This document shows, in pieces, positions 1 to 14,460 of a stretch of DNA of 64,000 nucleotides. The notes below the pieces were generated by a model. It saw nothing but the letters and a program-made list of their open reading frames with translations. It made no database searches and was not told where the DNA came from. The translations under genes and the position numbers were made by a program. This DNA is from the human T2T-CHM13v2.0 reference genome, Homo sapiens. The stretch is from NCBI RefSeq assembly GCF_009914755.1, contig NC_060933.1. One strand, given 5' to 3'. The stretch's first letter is position 1. Each line of letters starts with the position of its first letter.

Positions 1-330
1 TCAAGAGGGATGTAATTTTACTTTTTAACCAGTCTAACAATCACAAGCTTTTAACGGAAGGATTTCATTCATTCATATTTACTGTAACTATTAACATATA
101 GAGATGAAATTCTACCATTTTATTAAATGATTTATATTTGTACCACCTTGTTTTCACATTTTTAAATTTTTTAGATTAAAAAAGCATTTTAATATTTTTA
201 ATATTAAATTTTAATGTTTTTTTATTTTAATATTTCTTCCATTTCTCCATTATCATTTGCATATTTATTTCTTATTGTTATGTCACTTTCATATATTTTT
301 GACTTGTAAGAGTCTATCTTGACTATGTAG
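1..330 (-). mobile_element. Ancient L1M fragment (ORF2 start region)
   Basis: Degenerate match to antisense L1 text such as 'ttttaaccagtctaacaatc...ttcatatttactgtaactatt...tctaccatttt'. Boundaries approximate. Confidence 0.5.
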
Positions 331-899
331 TTTAATTACCTCAGAAAATGCAAGGATTTTCCTAAGCAATACTGCTTAACATCTTTTTCAGAGGTAAAGC
401 CATTTATTGATAGATAAAACAAGATAGAGACATAATTGTACAATACCGAATTGTTTCCATGTTGGAGTTTCCAACTTTACGCATGTACAGTCACGCCACA
501 TTTTTTTATCTCAACAGATGATACCCCAATTTTTTCTGCTTTACTGCTTTTAGAGATAAATAATTTTATGTTATTTCCAAAATTAAAGTGTCCCAAATTT
601 ATAAAAAGTTCCAACCCTGAAGGAGGTGCCACATTATCAATGAAAAGATCTGTGATTACTGTGTTGTAGAGATGAATCTTGTCTGGACTTTAAATAATAA
701 TAGATAAGTTTTTGCAAAAAGAAATACTAGTAAGTAAAAGTGATAGTAACAATAACCACAATATGAGCTTGCAAATATTTTTGAAGTAGAAAGTAAGAAT
801 TATTTGGAGAATAGAAAATGTTACTGAAAAGTTGTTATATAGGTGAATTGTTAGAGGCTTCAAATAATATATAAAAATGCAATTTATGGAACATTTAGT

Positions 900-1450
900 A
901 GGTACTCATGTAAGAATTATGAACAAAAATGTGTGCACACATTTATTTTTTAATAGACAGTAATCTAGGAATTTACTACTATACTTTAAAGTCAAGTAAT
1001 GAAAGATTAAACTAAAGAAGTAAAATGAAAAGCAAGACTTGTCATTTGAAAGAATGATGAACATTTATTTATTGGAAGGATAAAACGTAGCCCAATGGAG
1101 TAGTCTGTTGTGATTTCAAAGTTTTACACTCAAGTTAATGGTAATTAGACAAGAAGCATAAAAGAAAAAGTCAATTTGTGGGGAGAGGAAACTAAATTTT
1201 AATTTGCACATGTATAATTTTAAATTTCAATCATTGATGTAAATGATGGTTTCAAGCAAGTTTTTGGATAAACAAGTCTGAAGAGATTATAAAAGGAACC
1301 AGTTGTGATGAATTCACCACTGAAGCTATGAATGGTTATATGGAATTACTGTGGGTGGAAAAACTAGATAAATTTTTTTTAGAATTTAGGAAGAAGTACC
1401 AGAAAAGATGACTCAAAACTATCAGAAAAGAAAAGCAGCAAGAATAGTGG
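900..1450 (-). mobile_element. Degraded L2 fragment
   Basis: 'aaattttaatttgcacatgtataattttaaatt...tcaagcaagtttttggataaacaagtctg' resembles antisense L2 3' region. Boundaries approximate. Confidence 0.4.
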
Positions 1451-1708
1451 CTTCCAGAAAAATGCATTTTTGATCATTTCATTAGCATTCTGTCTCTTAG
1501 AATGTTAATGTTGTCATATAAATTATTTTGGCATATGTGGTTAGTGCTAATTTGAAAAAATCTGTGATGCTACTTATAAAAGCATAATTTGATTAGATTA
1601 AGAAATAATGTTTTTGTTGCATAGTATTTCCACTTGTTTGATCAGATTATCATTACCTATTAAGCAAACTGTAATATAGAAAACTACACCATGGGAACGT
1701 TTGAGTAA

Positions 1709-2007
<299 letters not shown>

Positions 2008-4611
2008 ATGAATATTTTTACATGCCTATTTTATCCTTTCCATATGTAGCTGTATCTGTTTTATGAAAGGGCTATTGTGATGTTATATGATATATAATTT
2101 TTCTAACAGATTATCATCATTCAGTGTATGTCATCTTCTTTATTTTGTGAAACTTTAAATTAATTTTCTATCACTGAAAACATTTTATTCATGATTTTCC
2201 TGTAGGAGATTTTGGTGGTGGTTTCAAAAATTCAAGCTGTAATTTCTTCAAGATTTAGTGAATTGAACTAAGAATTTTATTATTTGTGAATGCTACATTG
2301 TAGGCTGTACACTTGAGGTTACTAACTTTTGACAATTCCTGTGCCTATTTTTTTTCCAAACTGTAACTCAAAGAATTCTGCATTTATCACTCAGATCCAC
2401 TTATTTCACAGGCTGGATTAAAGATGATAAATCAGTGGCCAAAACTGCATTCTCTAAGTTTTCAACAATCTGGATTTGAAAGTATAATTCTATTTTCTTC
2501 AAATATATTGAAAGTTAAAATTCCTGTTAAAAAATATTCCTAGAATATTGTACGGGTATCCATGCTGACTTTCTTTGACCTTTGCATGTATCTTGGGATG
2601 CGTATAATGCTTTTTGAGGTTTTGTTTTTTGAGGTAATATGGAAACCAATTCTGTACTTAGTAATGTGTACAGTTATTTCTTAATCAAGTCCATAAATGG
2701 CTTTCCCTTTTTAAAATAATGTTAAGGAGTTGCTGAAGAAATATTTGTTCTTACATGTATTTGTTAGTTTGGTGGAGTTTTTTTTTTCTCACAATATCTA
2801 CCATATCCAAACCATTCCATAGTTTTTATAAATCTTTTTATATGCATATTATACTGATATACATACAGTTTATTAATGCTATGTAAGTAAAGTATTATGT
2901 TAAACTAGTTTGAGCTCAAACTCTATAAACTTTTGGTCAGAAAGCAACAAGTTCAGATGAAATAAAGAGTAGTCTACTAGTATATGCACTAGTCAGTATG
3001 TTTTACAAGTTGAATTGAGGCTATTGATTGAATGAAATTAGTTTGGTTGAGGTCACTTATTTCTGATTTTATCAGTGGTGATAAAAATTGGTAGCTTCAA
3101 GCTCCTCAGTGAAAGCAACAAGATAACACTATGTAGGTAACGTGGTGTGTTAGATAAAGAATAGAGTAAGAAAAAGAATTACCGATATCATAGGTAGTCA
3201 TAGTGGTAATGATCAAATTAATGACCCTTACAATTCTGTGGTGGAGGATTCCAGTTTCCTGTAGAGTGATAAGTACAGGTTGCAGTGAACAGAGGAAATG
3301 AAAGGGAGCTGTTAATGAGGGGACATCTGCTTCCTTAAAAACTTGGCTCAGATAGTGCTTAGTGCATCCTCACTAGGGAAATAAACCATTGCTTGAATGA
3401 TAAATATCTGTATGTATTTGGAGGAGGCAGGTGGGTCATCGTTCAGCAATTCCAGTTGCTACACCGATGAATATGGGAGGAGAGTATAAGTAAAAATGTT
3501 TAATTTTTGCATTGTTGATGATACCTTGCCAGTCATCTTCTGGTAACAACAGAGAAGCAAGCTCATTATTTCTTGCATGCCAAATGTAAAGAAAATTTTT
3601 CTGACTCCTTTTTCATCCTTGTTTTGCTTCATTTGGATAGGCCAGTGGCTGGTTGGATAATGTACACTCTTACAACAGCACCTTGTCGTTCATCTTGAGA
3701 TAAATGCTTTCTGTAAATTTTCGCGTTTAAATGAATGCAGCTGCCTTCCTGTTGCTTTTGTTCTCAGGGAATTGACTGTTTGTTTATTTTATTCTCCTAG
3801 CAGAGGTATAATGTAACCTTTTAAATACTGGAACCTCCCTACTGTCAGAGAATAGAAATAGTCACCCACTCTTTTAAGGAAACAACTTCTTTTAAAAATG
3901 TATTTTAAAACTCTTTTCGGTGCAATTTTATTAAAAATCTCTGTGCCATTCCTGAGTAAAAAATACCTCATCTTTTGATTCAAAAGAGGGGCTGGTTTCA
4001 GAATATGAAGAAATTGAAATCAAAATTGTTCTCTTTACGTGGATCTGACATTTTAAAATAAGTATATGTACAAATCATTATACAGTTTCAATGTATGAAG
4101 TATATTTACCCATTAGTAGTTAATGAGCTAACCCTTGATCTAATTCATGATGCAAGCACATATTTTAAAAGGAGTATAAATATTTTAAATTTATATATTT
4201 TTATGTGTTGTTATGTATAACAAAAAGAACTTCAGTAGATATTAACTTTTAACAATGATGTTCTTAGATAAAAGGTATAAAGTTTCAAGAAAGCAGCTGA
4301 CTTTATCTGAACTGTATCTCAATTACAGTCAGTATATTGATATTATATTCATAAATAATACATATAATATATCAATATACATATTCATATCAGGCTTTAC
4401 CTTTGCATCTTGACCTTAGAAAAGGTTCCGTTGGACTGAAATGAAACCAAGAGAATGTTAAGGGTTCTTGAATTATAGAGATTAATATACTATAGGTTGG
4501 GACCGCCCAGGGCTTCAAATAATTCTCATGTGGTACATATCATCAAGGGGAACTAATCAGAAATCCTAGACTTGTTGCCTACATAGTTTGGGTTAATGGT
4601 GTCAACCCTAT

Positions 4612-4826
4612 AGCCAAGGTTAGCACATGTTTTCTCCAAAATGGTTAATTAACAACAATTGTTAAAGTTAATATTTGGGGTCTTTGAGCCAGATACAGTG
4701 TCTGTTGCATAGTCTTTTTTTTTTGTACAACATTTTTAAATCTAAAAACCACTATTAGATATTGGACCATAAACTATAGGCCATGGGCAAAATTTGGCCA
4801 TCTGTAGAGTTAAAACTCACTCCTGG
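4612..4826. mobile_element. MER58-like hAT-Charlie DNA transposon relic
   Basis: 'aatatttggggtctttgagccagatacagtgtctgttgca...aaaaacc...ggccatgggcaaaatttggcc' matches the MER58-family layout. Confidence 0.55.
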
Positions 4827-6987
4827 TTTGTAGGAACACTGATGAGAAAAATACAGATGAATTCTGAAACAGCAAAAGTGGTTTAGGAAATACAACAAAA
4901 TTGGGTATGGAAAAATAATTTAAACCTCAGTGCTGATAATTATCAGAAGGATAGAAGGAGAATGCTTCCTTGTTTGAAAATGTTGACAGGATCAAGAACT
5001 CTAGAAGAACACCTTGAAAAGTGTGGGTAGATATGAGGGGTGACACATGAAAGATACTATTAAAAAGTCATTATCTTTGATTTGGTGTTATAAAGAGAAC
5101 AAAACCACTTATTAGGGGAAAAAACAAATCATTTTTTTGGTATGATCAGTTCAGGTATTGGTGTCTTGGCCGGTTGTAGACTTATCACATATAAAATTCT
5201 TAACTGCTATTTTATAGGCATATTATAAACTAAAAGGCGGGGAAATTTCAATGAAGAAAGAGTTATGTATGGTTGAATTTTTAAAGGAATTATTTTTCTA
5301 AAGGGAGATAGAGATGAACATTGAAAGATTATACTACTTAAAACTGCAGCTTCTAGAATAAAGCCTGCTAACAATTAGACATTTCAGATAGCCTGTACCT
5401 ATATTAATTGGTTTCCTTATGAATAGAATGTAGCAGCAAGAGGTAAAGGTATGGTAATTCAAGCAAAAGGGTAGCATGGGTATAAGCACAAAATGGAATT
5501 CACAAAAAGTGGAGATGGTCTTTAATACCTTTGGGGAAGTAGGAGGAGTGTTGGGGCAACACTGGGTCTAGTTAGGTTCACAAGCAGATAGAAGACTAAG
5601 GAAAGGAGTGGGAAGAGCTCTCCCTTTCCTTTCACACTGACAGTCCTCCTGTGCGGTCAGGGCCTCACCTGTATTGTTAAAAGGGGAGATGTCCAGACAT
5701 TTTACGTCACACAAAATAAATTTATTTATGCAACTCTTGGTGGGCTATTGACTGCCAATATTTGGACTACTGTAGCTGAGGTATTATCCCTATTTGAGAG
5801 TAAAAAAGACAGATAATATTACAGTATGCACAGGAAGATATCTTCCTACTTTTAATGTCAACTAGTGAAAACTTGATTTGCATTTCGGTTGCTTAATGAC
5901 AAGAAAACACAGTGCTTATTCTTCTTGGAGCCATACTGTGGTCAACTAGTCCCTCCAGACACAATTCTCTAATCCTAGTTAACCCCTCCTCCTGCATCAT
6001 GGGTCATGTATTCTTCATTCCCCCCACTTCTTAGCCCCAGGATTTCTTATTTGTCCTTGTAGGGAGAGAGGAATCTGGATTTTCCTCTCTTTCACTGAAA
6101 ATTTACCGCTAATCGTGTAAACTTTGGCTGTAGATTCCCAGGCTCTTCTGATCCCCAAATCTTTATTTTTTCTCCCAGACTAATGGTCTTTAGGTCCTTA
6201 AAACTGAAAGTTTAACAAAAATTCAAAGTGGAACTAGACTTTTTTTTTGTTCACATGTGTCTATAATAACAAACTTTTATTGAAGACAATGTATGTAGAA
6301 AGCCTTTACTGTTCCTTATGTGAAAATAGTGGGGCAGGAAACAAAGAGTAAAGACCTGAAAAATTATGTTGGGAAACAACACAAACAATTTAATATAAAA
6401 TATGTCCCCAATACATAAATTAAATAACAGCGAGTCATCTGGCTTGATCCTCTTGTTAAGCACATGTAGAGAAATAGTAACAACTGAACCTGAAATGAGT
6501 AATTGAGGCTATAAAGTTAAAAGTGTCATACAAAGGAATCTCTGCTCCTCTTATTTTGACGGGTTAGAAATAATTGTTAAACGTTTTCAAAAATAAGCAA
6601 GTTTTGGTAAGTTTCTTAAAAATTTGATTAACTAAGCACAAATAAACTCAGAAAATAAGGTGGGTTGGAATGACAGAAGAGGAAAGGTAGAATGTGATAT
6701 TGAACATGCTCACTGACCTCATTCAATTTCAGCTGGTGCCAGGTATCCCAGCAAAATTATTTACTTTTACCCTAAAAACATACACCAGTTATTAATGATA
6801 AGTTTTTTCTATCCTAATTTTTAAACTATTTAAATGGTTGTCATATTATAGAGCGCTGGAGTTAAAAATGCAATGACAAGAACAGATGGATAAAATTTAT
6901 TAAGCTATTTGATTTTCTTAACAGCAAGGTGAATCTTATGGATTAATGCTTCCCTATTTAATTCATAGGATATGGAGTAGCAGAACA

Positions 6988-7011
6988 GTGTGTGTGTGTG
7001 TGTGTGTGTGT
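6988..7011. repeat. (GT)n microsatellite
   Basis: Directly visible. Confidence 0.95.
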
Positions 7012-7179
7012 TTTCCAATAACTTGTGCTTCACTTATTGATATGGTGGTACAATAAATTAAAGTCGAATTTCTGTTCTAGCATTTATTCTTCAATGTTCA
7101 TTCTAATTGGAATAAATATTTCTTCCATGTTCATGAGATGAAGCAATTATTCCTCAAAAACAAATCAAAAAGATTTCTC

Positions 7180-7440
7180 TAGAGAAGCCATCCTTGACCT
7201 CTGCAAATAAATTTCAGAGCTCCTTCGTCCTGTGATCTCTGTACCAAATACATTCTTTGATCATTAAGCTTCTGACATTGTTCTATAATTTATTCCTTTT
7301 TTCTATTTCTGCACCTTAATACATAGTAAGTTCCTGAAACGGACTGCTTTTCTTTTCATCCCAGGATTCCTGGTGCCTGACAATGTGTCTGACCCACACA
7401 TTTTTTGAAATAATTTCTATCAGTTTAACTGAATGTATTT
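7180..7440 (+). mobile_element. L2 3' end fragment
   Basis: 'agagaagccatccttgacc', 'gtaagttcctga', 'ggtgcctgacaatgtgtctgacccaca' are typical L2 tail motifs. Confidence 0.5.
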
Positions 7441-7769
7441 GAGAATTTTCATAGCAAGTAGCCAACTAATTGGAAAATAAAACCTGACTAATTTTGAGTA
7501 CATCCACTTGCAATACTTTATGATTTGCAATAAGGCGCTTTTCTAAATTGATTCATTAAATTAGCTATCAGAATGTGTGGACTTTTATATTACCCCAATA
7601 TATTATTAACTATGTTTAAAAGTTTATTTTAAGCATTCTTAAAAAATTTAATCAATCATATTTACAATCAATTCATTTGCAAAAAACCTTTTGTTTGAGA
7701 AAATAAATATTTTTATGAAAAATTGCCTAATTCTAGATGCAGCATATGCTTGTATAGATTAACATTAAA

Positions 7770-8430
7770 TTAATGGTAACAATACTTAACATGAGTTCTA
7801 TCCTTTTAACAAAATTTTAAGTGCACAGTATAGTATTGTTAATTATAGGGATGATGTTGTACAGCAGCATTTATAGAATTTGTTAATCTTCATAACTAAA
7901 TTTACTCTGTTGAACAGCAACTGCCCATTTTCTCTCCTCAACAGTCCCTAGCAAACATTGTTATACTTTCTGTTTCCAAGAGGTTGACTACTTTAAATAT
8001 CTCATTTTAGTGATATTATGTACTATTTTTCCCTCTGTTACTGGCTTATTTCACTTAATGTTCTACAAGTTCATTCATGTTGTCACCTATGGGAATATTT
8101 CTTCCTTCTTTTTAAAGACTAAATAATATTGCATTGTATGTGTATACTACATTTTCTTTAACTATATATCTTTCAGACATTTAGATTGTTTTCGTATCTT
8201 GGCTATTGTGGATAATGCTGTAATAAACATGGGGGTTCAAATATCTCTTTAATATTTTGATTTCAAATCCTTTGGAGTATACCCAGAAGAGTGGGATTGT
8301 TGGATCATATGGTAGTTCTATTTTAAATTATTGGAGGAACTTCCATACTGTTTTTAATAGTAGCTGCACCATTCTTCATTCTCCTTAAAAGTGGATACCA
8401 ATTTCTTCACATCTTTGATAACACTAATTG
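7770..8430 (-). mobile_element. Old L1 (L1MA9/L1MB-like) 3' end
   Basis: 'acttaacatgagttctatccttttaacaaaattttaagtgcacagtatagtattgttaattatagg' and 'atacccagaagagtgggattgttggatcatatggtagttctatttt'. Confidence 0.85.
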
Positions 8431-10464
8431 TCATATATATGTGTGTGTATATATATATGTGAAAGTTCTTCAAAAATTAATTCATTATTTTTTCTTTTTA
8501 ATTACTTAACAATTATAAAGACATAGAAGTTTCCCGACCTTTTAGGTAATATTTTTAGTACAATTCTTAGGGGAAAATGGTTTGTAAGATGCTATCCTTC
8601 ATTTTTATTCTGAAAAGATGAATTCATATCTCTTTTCCTTATACTTCTAACATTTTTATTTATAAGGTATCTCATTTACTAAGATGTTATTTGGTTTCTT
8701 TTTTGTTTTGCATTTACACATTTCTTAGCATGCCCTGCATAGAATAGATGCTCGTAATTTAATATTTTCTCAAAGATCAGATGTTAATATCTATTGTGGG
8801 TGATTTGTTTCTTCAACTACATATGACTTAAAGGAGAAAAATATGGCTGAATGTTTAAAATATATCTTTAGAAATTAGCATTGAGAAAAGTTTGTTACTA
8901 TTTTATAGAAACATTGATAGTAGTTTTTCCAAAGGATAAAAAAGTTAATAAAATTTATAATTTTTTCATAAATTAAACCAAATTAATATAACACTTTTAA
9001 CTTTTATTAATATTACAAATTGCAATTTTATTTTTGTAATATACCACTCAATAGAGAAATCAACAAACAAGCTCACAGATTTTCTGGACATGATGTTTGT
9101 CAGAGTAATGAGTAAATGGTTAGCATCATAATATACAGAAATTCCCCCCACATTTACAAAAATTAATTTGTTGTCAAAATGTCATCAAAATATGAATGAA
9201 GCCTTTAATTTACAAGCTCAGGGACAAGTGGTAGCAAGATATGAAATTAATCTGTGAAATATTACAGGTTGCAAACAGATACAGTCTGAAATATAAGCAG
9301 ATACAATCTGGAATAAACATTTTTTAAAAAGCATAAGAGTTTTTCCCTGCATTGAGAAAGCAAAAGAAAATGGTCTACCTAATTGAATAATTAGCATATT
9401 AAAAAGTGCCAAAATGTATTATGGAATTTTTTGAGTCAAATATACTATGTATTACTAAATAAATACTCTCAAGGAATCATTCATTGTACATAACACGTTG
9501 TCTGTATGTAAGTTATCTATGCAGACAAAAGAAGCCTTGTGCTTTGTGCATATTCCAAAAATATAGTATATGGTATGATTTTGTTCAAGTAAGCAGAAGA
9601 AGACAAACAGAAAGAGGATTGAAATTGTTACTGTTATTAACAGGCTTGCTCTCTCAATTAGTACAGTACGAAGCCTTAACTTGTGTCAAGATCACATATT
9701 GTTGCTGTTAATCTTCTTGTTTTCACCACCTAATTCTGTGGTCAAATAGGTTCCATTTTTATTTACATTGTGCAGACTTATAAATTCCTCATGATGATGT
9801 CTCAGAACCAGATTCTACAGATTCAGCTTGGATTTTTCATCACTTATTGCAGTAGATCTCCATTAATGGAGTGAACCAAACTGCAGTCAAACTAACAGAG
9901 GGACATAAAGCATATGTATAACAACATTTAATGACAGGCCCAGAAATGATTGTGGGGAGGCAGTCTTCTTTAATATACATTTTACTGCCACAAATTGATC
10001 TGGATGACAAGTTCAATTTAAAACCAATGTTTTTTCAGAATCTTTATGACTTTTTCATAGGCCAGCCATTTCAAATGATTGACAATAAGTTTTCAAAGTG
10101 GTTGGTGCCCTGGCTTTAGTGAAAACCGTGATGTAATGAGACAGCAGTGATATCTCAAGCTCTAATCTTTCCTTAGACGCTTCCTGGCTTTTCCACAGTA
10201 CGTTATATAGTGTCTCAATGAGAAAGTCAAGAGTCTAAGAATATGCTTTGATTTATTTCCTGTAACTGTGATTCTAAAGACTAAAAGAAAAAGATCAGAG
10301 AGAGAGAAAGTAAATATATGTCACACAGCAAATACCTAAGAAGCAGTGTTCTCAGAACTTCTTGGAAGACTCATAGTCTAATTGTCAGACTCTATTTGCT
10401 AGAACTTCATTGAGTAGCATGTGTGGCAGTTGGGAAGGCTTGGGATGAGAGCAGATATTCCAGT

Positions 10465-10750
10465 CCTATTGATGCAAAACAACCCAAAGATAGTGAAATA
10501 AAATAACAACCAGTTTATTATGCACAGAGATTCTGTGGCTTAGGAATTCAGACAGGGCAAAATGGAATGCCTGGACCCTTCTATACATGTTTTAGACTGC
10601 AGTTAAGAGAATTGAATTAGTTGAGGATGACGTGAACATTTGTGGCGTAGAGTTATCTGAACATTTTTATACTCGTGTGTCTAGTAAATTTGTCCTGATG
10701 ATATGAAGGCCATTCTTAGCTGGGTCTGTCACCCAAGGGTTCACAATGGG
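10465..10750. mobile_element. MLT1-type MaLR LTR fragment
   Basis: 'aaataacaaccagtttattatgcacagagattctgtggcttaggaattcagacagggca' resembles MLT1F/H. Confidence 0.55.
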
Positions 10751-11512
10751 GTTGAAGATGGTTGAAAAAGAAATAATTAGGTAGTGGTTAAAACAAAAAC
10801 CTGATTAAAACCTGGTGTCTATATTAAGACTGTCATAGAATAGCAAGTGCTAAACCCATAAGGATTATTAATTATCAGTGTACAGGAAGAACCTTGGTAT
10901 GGCTGGGTAGATGCCTAACATGAATATAATGCAAAATAAAAATAAAAAAAGTAGAGCGAGTTAAAAAGTAAGACATGCAAATTTAAACTTAGAGATAAAG
11001 CACGTGAATAATTACTGAATAAACAAAATAGAAAATAATGCACAGATGGTCAGAACAAATGTATTTAGGAACCAAGGACCAGATAAATTATTCTAGAAAT
11101 GAATTTGTGTTCGTCTTATATATACATACTTAGTGTTCTCATAGTTATACCTTAAAGACAATTGGCAATTGATGACATTGATAACACTTCTGTGAAGACA
11201 TATATTTATAGAAATCTTCAGTGCAGAATCAGGGACACAATTGCTAGGTTTTTGGAAGGAAATGTGTTGCAGAAATGGGAGTACACTCTTCCAACATTAA
11301 ATACCAAAGGTAAATATATAGAAGAGCATTAATTATTCATTTATGGAAAATATTATTTATATAGCAGGTCTCAGATATTAGATGATGCTGGCAAATCTAT
11401 TTCATTCAGAAATAATATTGAGTGCCTGTTAAATACAAGGCATTATGAAAAAACTCAGCAAAAATAACAAGATGATATCCAGCCACATCCAGTCATACAC
11501 ACTCAGCTTATG

Positions 11513-11880
11513 CACACACACACACACACACACACAACTTGCAATTTAGTAATGTTAATTTAAAAAGTGTACACACATTTAAAATTTTCAATAAATATGT
11601 AATACATTATTGTGATTAGGAGATATGCTATTTTTTAAACACATACATCTTCATATATTGTGTGTATATATAGGCCTATGTGTATATATGTAGTATATAG
11701 TGCATATAGTATATATGTATATAGGTGTATATGCAATATACCTGTATAGACTTATATATGTATATACCATATGCACAATATACTATATAGTATATACATA
11801 TATGTGTATATCTGCACTATATTACATATGTGTATATATGTTACATATATATGTGTATAGTACATTACATATAAGCATAA
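11513..11880. repeat. (CA)n followed by TA/TG-rich low-complexity tract
   Basis: (CA)n at 11513-11536 and a degenerate (TA/TG)n at about 11660-11880. Confidence 0.9.
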
Positions 11881-11934
11881 ATATATTTCAATAGAGATGC
11901 CTAGGTAGGTAGAAAGATTTAAATAGCATGTATT

Positions 11935-12252
11935 GCCTGAGTGTGGTGTCTCATGCCTGGTAATCTCAGCATTTTGGGAGGACGAGGTGGGCAGATCACT
12001 TGAAGACAGGAGTTCAAACCAGCATGGCCAACATGGTGAAACCCCATTTTTACTAAAAATACAAGAATTAGCCAGGCATGGTGACGCATGCCTATGGTCC
12101 CAGCTACTCAAGAGGCTCATGCTGGAGAATTACTTGAACCTGGGAGTTGGAGGTTGCAGTGAGCCAAGTTCACGTCACTGCATTCCAGCCTGGACGACAG
12201 AGTGTGCCTCTATCTCAAAAAAATAAATAAAAATAAATTTAAAAAAATAATA
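11935..12252 (+). mobile_element. AluS SINE
   Basis: Full dimer with A-rich tail; TSD aaatagcatgtat at 11921-11933 and 12253-12265. Confidence 0.95.
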
Positions 12253-12599
12253 AAATAGCATGTATCTTAATCATGATGAAGCATTAGGTATTGATAGTAA
12301 AATCATGGGAGATGGAGAACAAAGATAGGGAACAAAGTTGTTCCCTGTTAACAACTTTACATCCCTTTAAAAACGAACTTTTTATATGAAATTCAGCATT
12401 ATTTAAGATTCAGCAAGTTTATTTTTGAGTGATTGTATGTCATTCTAAAATAACAACATAATTTAATAGAAAAACCAAATAACAAATGTCTCTTTCTACC
12501 TTTCACATCATTTACCTAACAAGCAAGTGGATAAGTATTAAAATATGTAAGTTTTAAAAATTCTATTCATAAAATCATAATGGATGGGGAAAGCACTTC

Positions 12600-14075
12600 C
12601 AGAATTTTAGACTAAATTCTCCAAAATTCTGATCCTCATTCCTAAAAGTAACAAGAACACTAGCAAAAATTGCCAAAAATAACTTCCAAACTCTGGAAAT
12701 CAACCAGATTTGTAAAGGAGTGTTTGTTCAGTGAAACAGGTAAATCTCAACAAGAATAGTGAGCTTCGTGACATTTTATCTTGTCCTATTCCCATCACGT
12801 TTTTTTTTTTTTTACAGTCCTTGAGTAGATTTAAAAATCAGCATCCTCAGCTGGGCGCTGTGGCTCACGCCTGTAATCCCATCACTTTGGGAGACCAAGG
12901 CGGGCAGATCACCTGAGGTCAGGAGTTCCAAACCAGCCTGGCCAACATGGTAAAACCCTGTCTCTACCAAAAAAAATACAAAAATTAGGTGGGTGTGGTG
13001 GCAGACGCCTGTAAGCACAGCTACTCAGGAGGCTGAGGCAGGAGAATTGCTTGAACTTGGGAGGGGGAAGTTGTTGTGAGCTGAGATAGTGCCATTGCAC
13101 TCCAGCCTGGGCGACAAGAGTGAGATTCTGTCTCCAAAAACATAAAAAATAAAAAAAAATCAGCACCCTCAAAAACCAGCAGCTTTGCAGGCACTGGGAA
13201 AAAAGAAGAGAATCAATTTGGAGCGGTGCAAAATGCCTCATTCTCAAATAATTGTCACTCTTTTACATGTCTGAAGGCCTTCTGAACAACCTTCATTCAC
13301 AGAGCTTGAATTTATTTTACCTAGACCTGAAATTTTTCAGTGGAAAAAGATATTTGCATATTTGTCAAAAAGTCAGCAACAATTATTTAGCATCACTACT
13401 GCCTGAGGTTGCGATACTAATTGGAGCAAACAAGAGACTAGCTGCTGATTGAAAGCATGGAAAAAAAACCTGAGGAAATGGATATTAATAAATGTCTTTG
13501 AAAAATCTGCAACATATTCCTGGAAATTTAAAAGGCCAACCAAACGTGTAGGGCTGTGCAAAAGCCCAGAAAATGTATAAGAATATCATAATTGTTCCAC
13601 TGTGTCCGACCATGAGACATTGTGCAATTGAGAAGTGAATGCTAAGGCAGAGTTATAAATTGGAAGAATGTCGAGTGTGTTCCTCATACAAAGACCTTCA
13701 ACAAAGTGTAGAGAAAATAACATCCAAACATTAGCTGACCACTAAGCTAACCAATCAAAAACACAACTAGCCACATACATCAAAGAAAACGTATTTTAGG
13801 GCATTAGTTCAGGAAAGTCACTAAACAAACAAAAATCAGTCATGACAACTAGCTGCAACAACAGAGCAACAACAAACCCTAGAAAGGAGGAGTATCTAAT
13901 ATCCAGAGTTGACACACTGTAATATTTTAAATGTCTGGTATACAACAAAAATTATTAGAGATGCAAAGAAACAGGAAAGTATTATCCTGTATGTATGCAG
14001 AAAAAAACCCAAGCAGTAGGAATTGTCCCTGAGAGGACCAAGAATTTGAACTTAGAAGAAAAGTATTTTAAATAA
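12600..14075 (+). mobile_element. Ancient L1M 5'UTR and ORF1 start, interrupted by an Alu
   Basis: 'aaactctggaaatcaaccag...aagaatagtgagctt' (L1M 5'UTR) and 'aaagaaacaggaaagt...aattgtccctgagaggacc...gaacttagaagaaaagtattttaaa' (ORF1 start). Confidence 0.65.
12849..13154 (+). mobile_element. AluS (AluSq-like) SINE
   Basis: Full dimer; 16-bp TSD aaaaatcagca(t/c)cctc at 12833 and 13155. Confidence 0.95.
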
Positions 14076-14460
14076 TATATATACACACACGTGTGTGTGT
14101 GTGTGTGTGTATGGTATGTAATGTTTATATATGTATGTAGTATATATATGTGGTATGTATCTGTGGTGATGTATATTATATGTGGTATATAATAGGGTAT
14201 ATATATGAGGTATATATATGTTGTATATAATGTGTATAAATGTATATATATATGTGGTTATGTGGTATTTATAAGTTATATATGGTATATAATGTATATG
14301 TACTATATATGTGGTAATGTATATATATGAGATATATAATGTATATATATGTGATGTATCTATATATGTGGTAGTGTGGTATATATATGTGGCATATGCT
14401 GGGGTAATGTGGTGTGCCTGTGTATATATGTGGTATATATTATAGTATTTATACACACTT
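14075..14460. repeat. Compound (TA)/(TG)/(TGG) low-complexity tract
   Basis: Directly visible; source of the Y/I/H-rich spurious ORF 14052..14456. Confidence 0.95.

Noticed and set aside
2190-2260. Splice-acceptor-like 'ttttcctgtag|gag'
   Set aside because: No convincing donor and no sustained reading frame.
6240-6300. A-run about 28 nt downstream of AATAAA on the - strand, a possible retrocopy tail or transcript end
   Set aside because: The A-run is short, with no TSD and no recognisable parent coding sequence. Chance is likely in AT-rich DNA.
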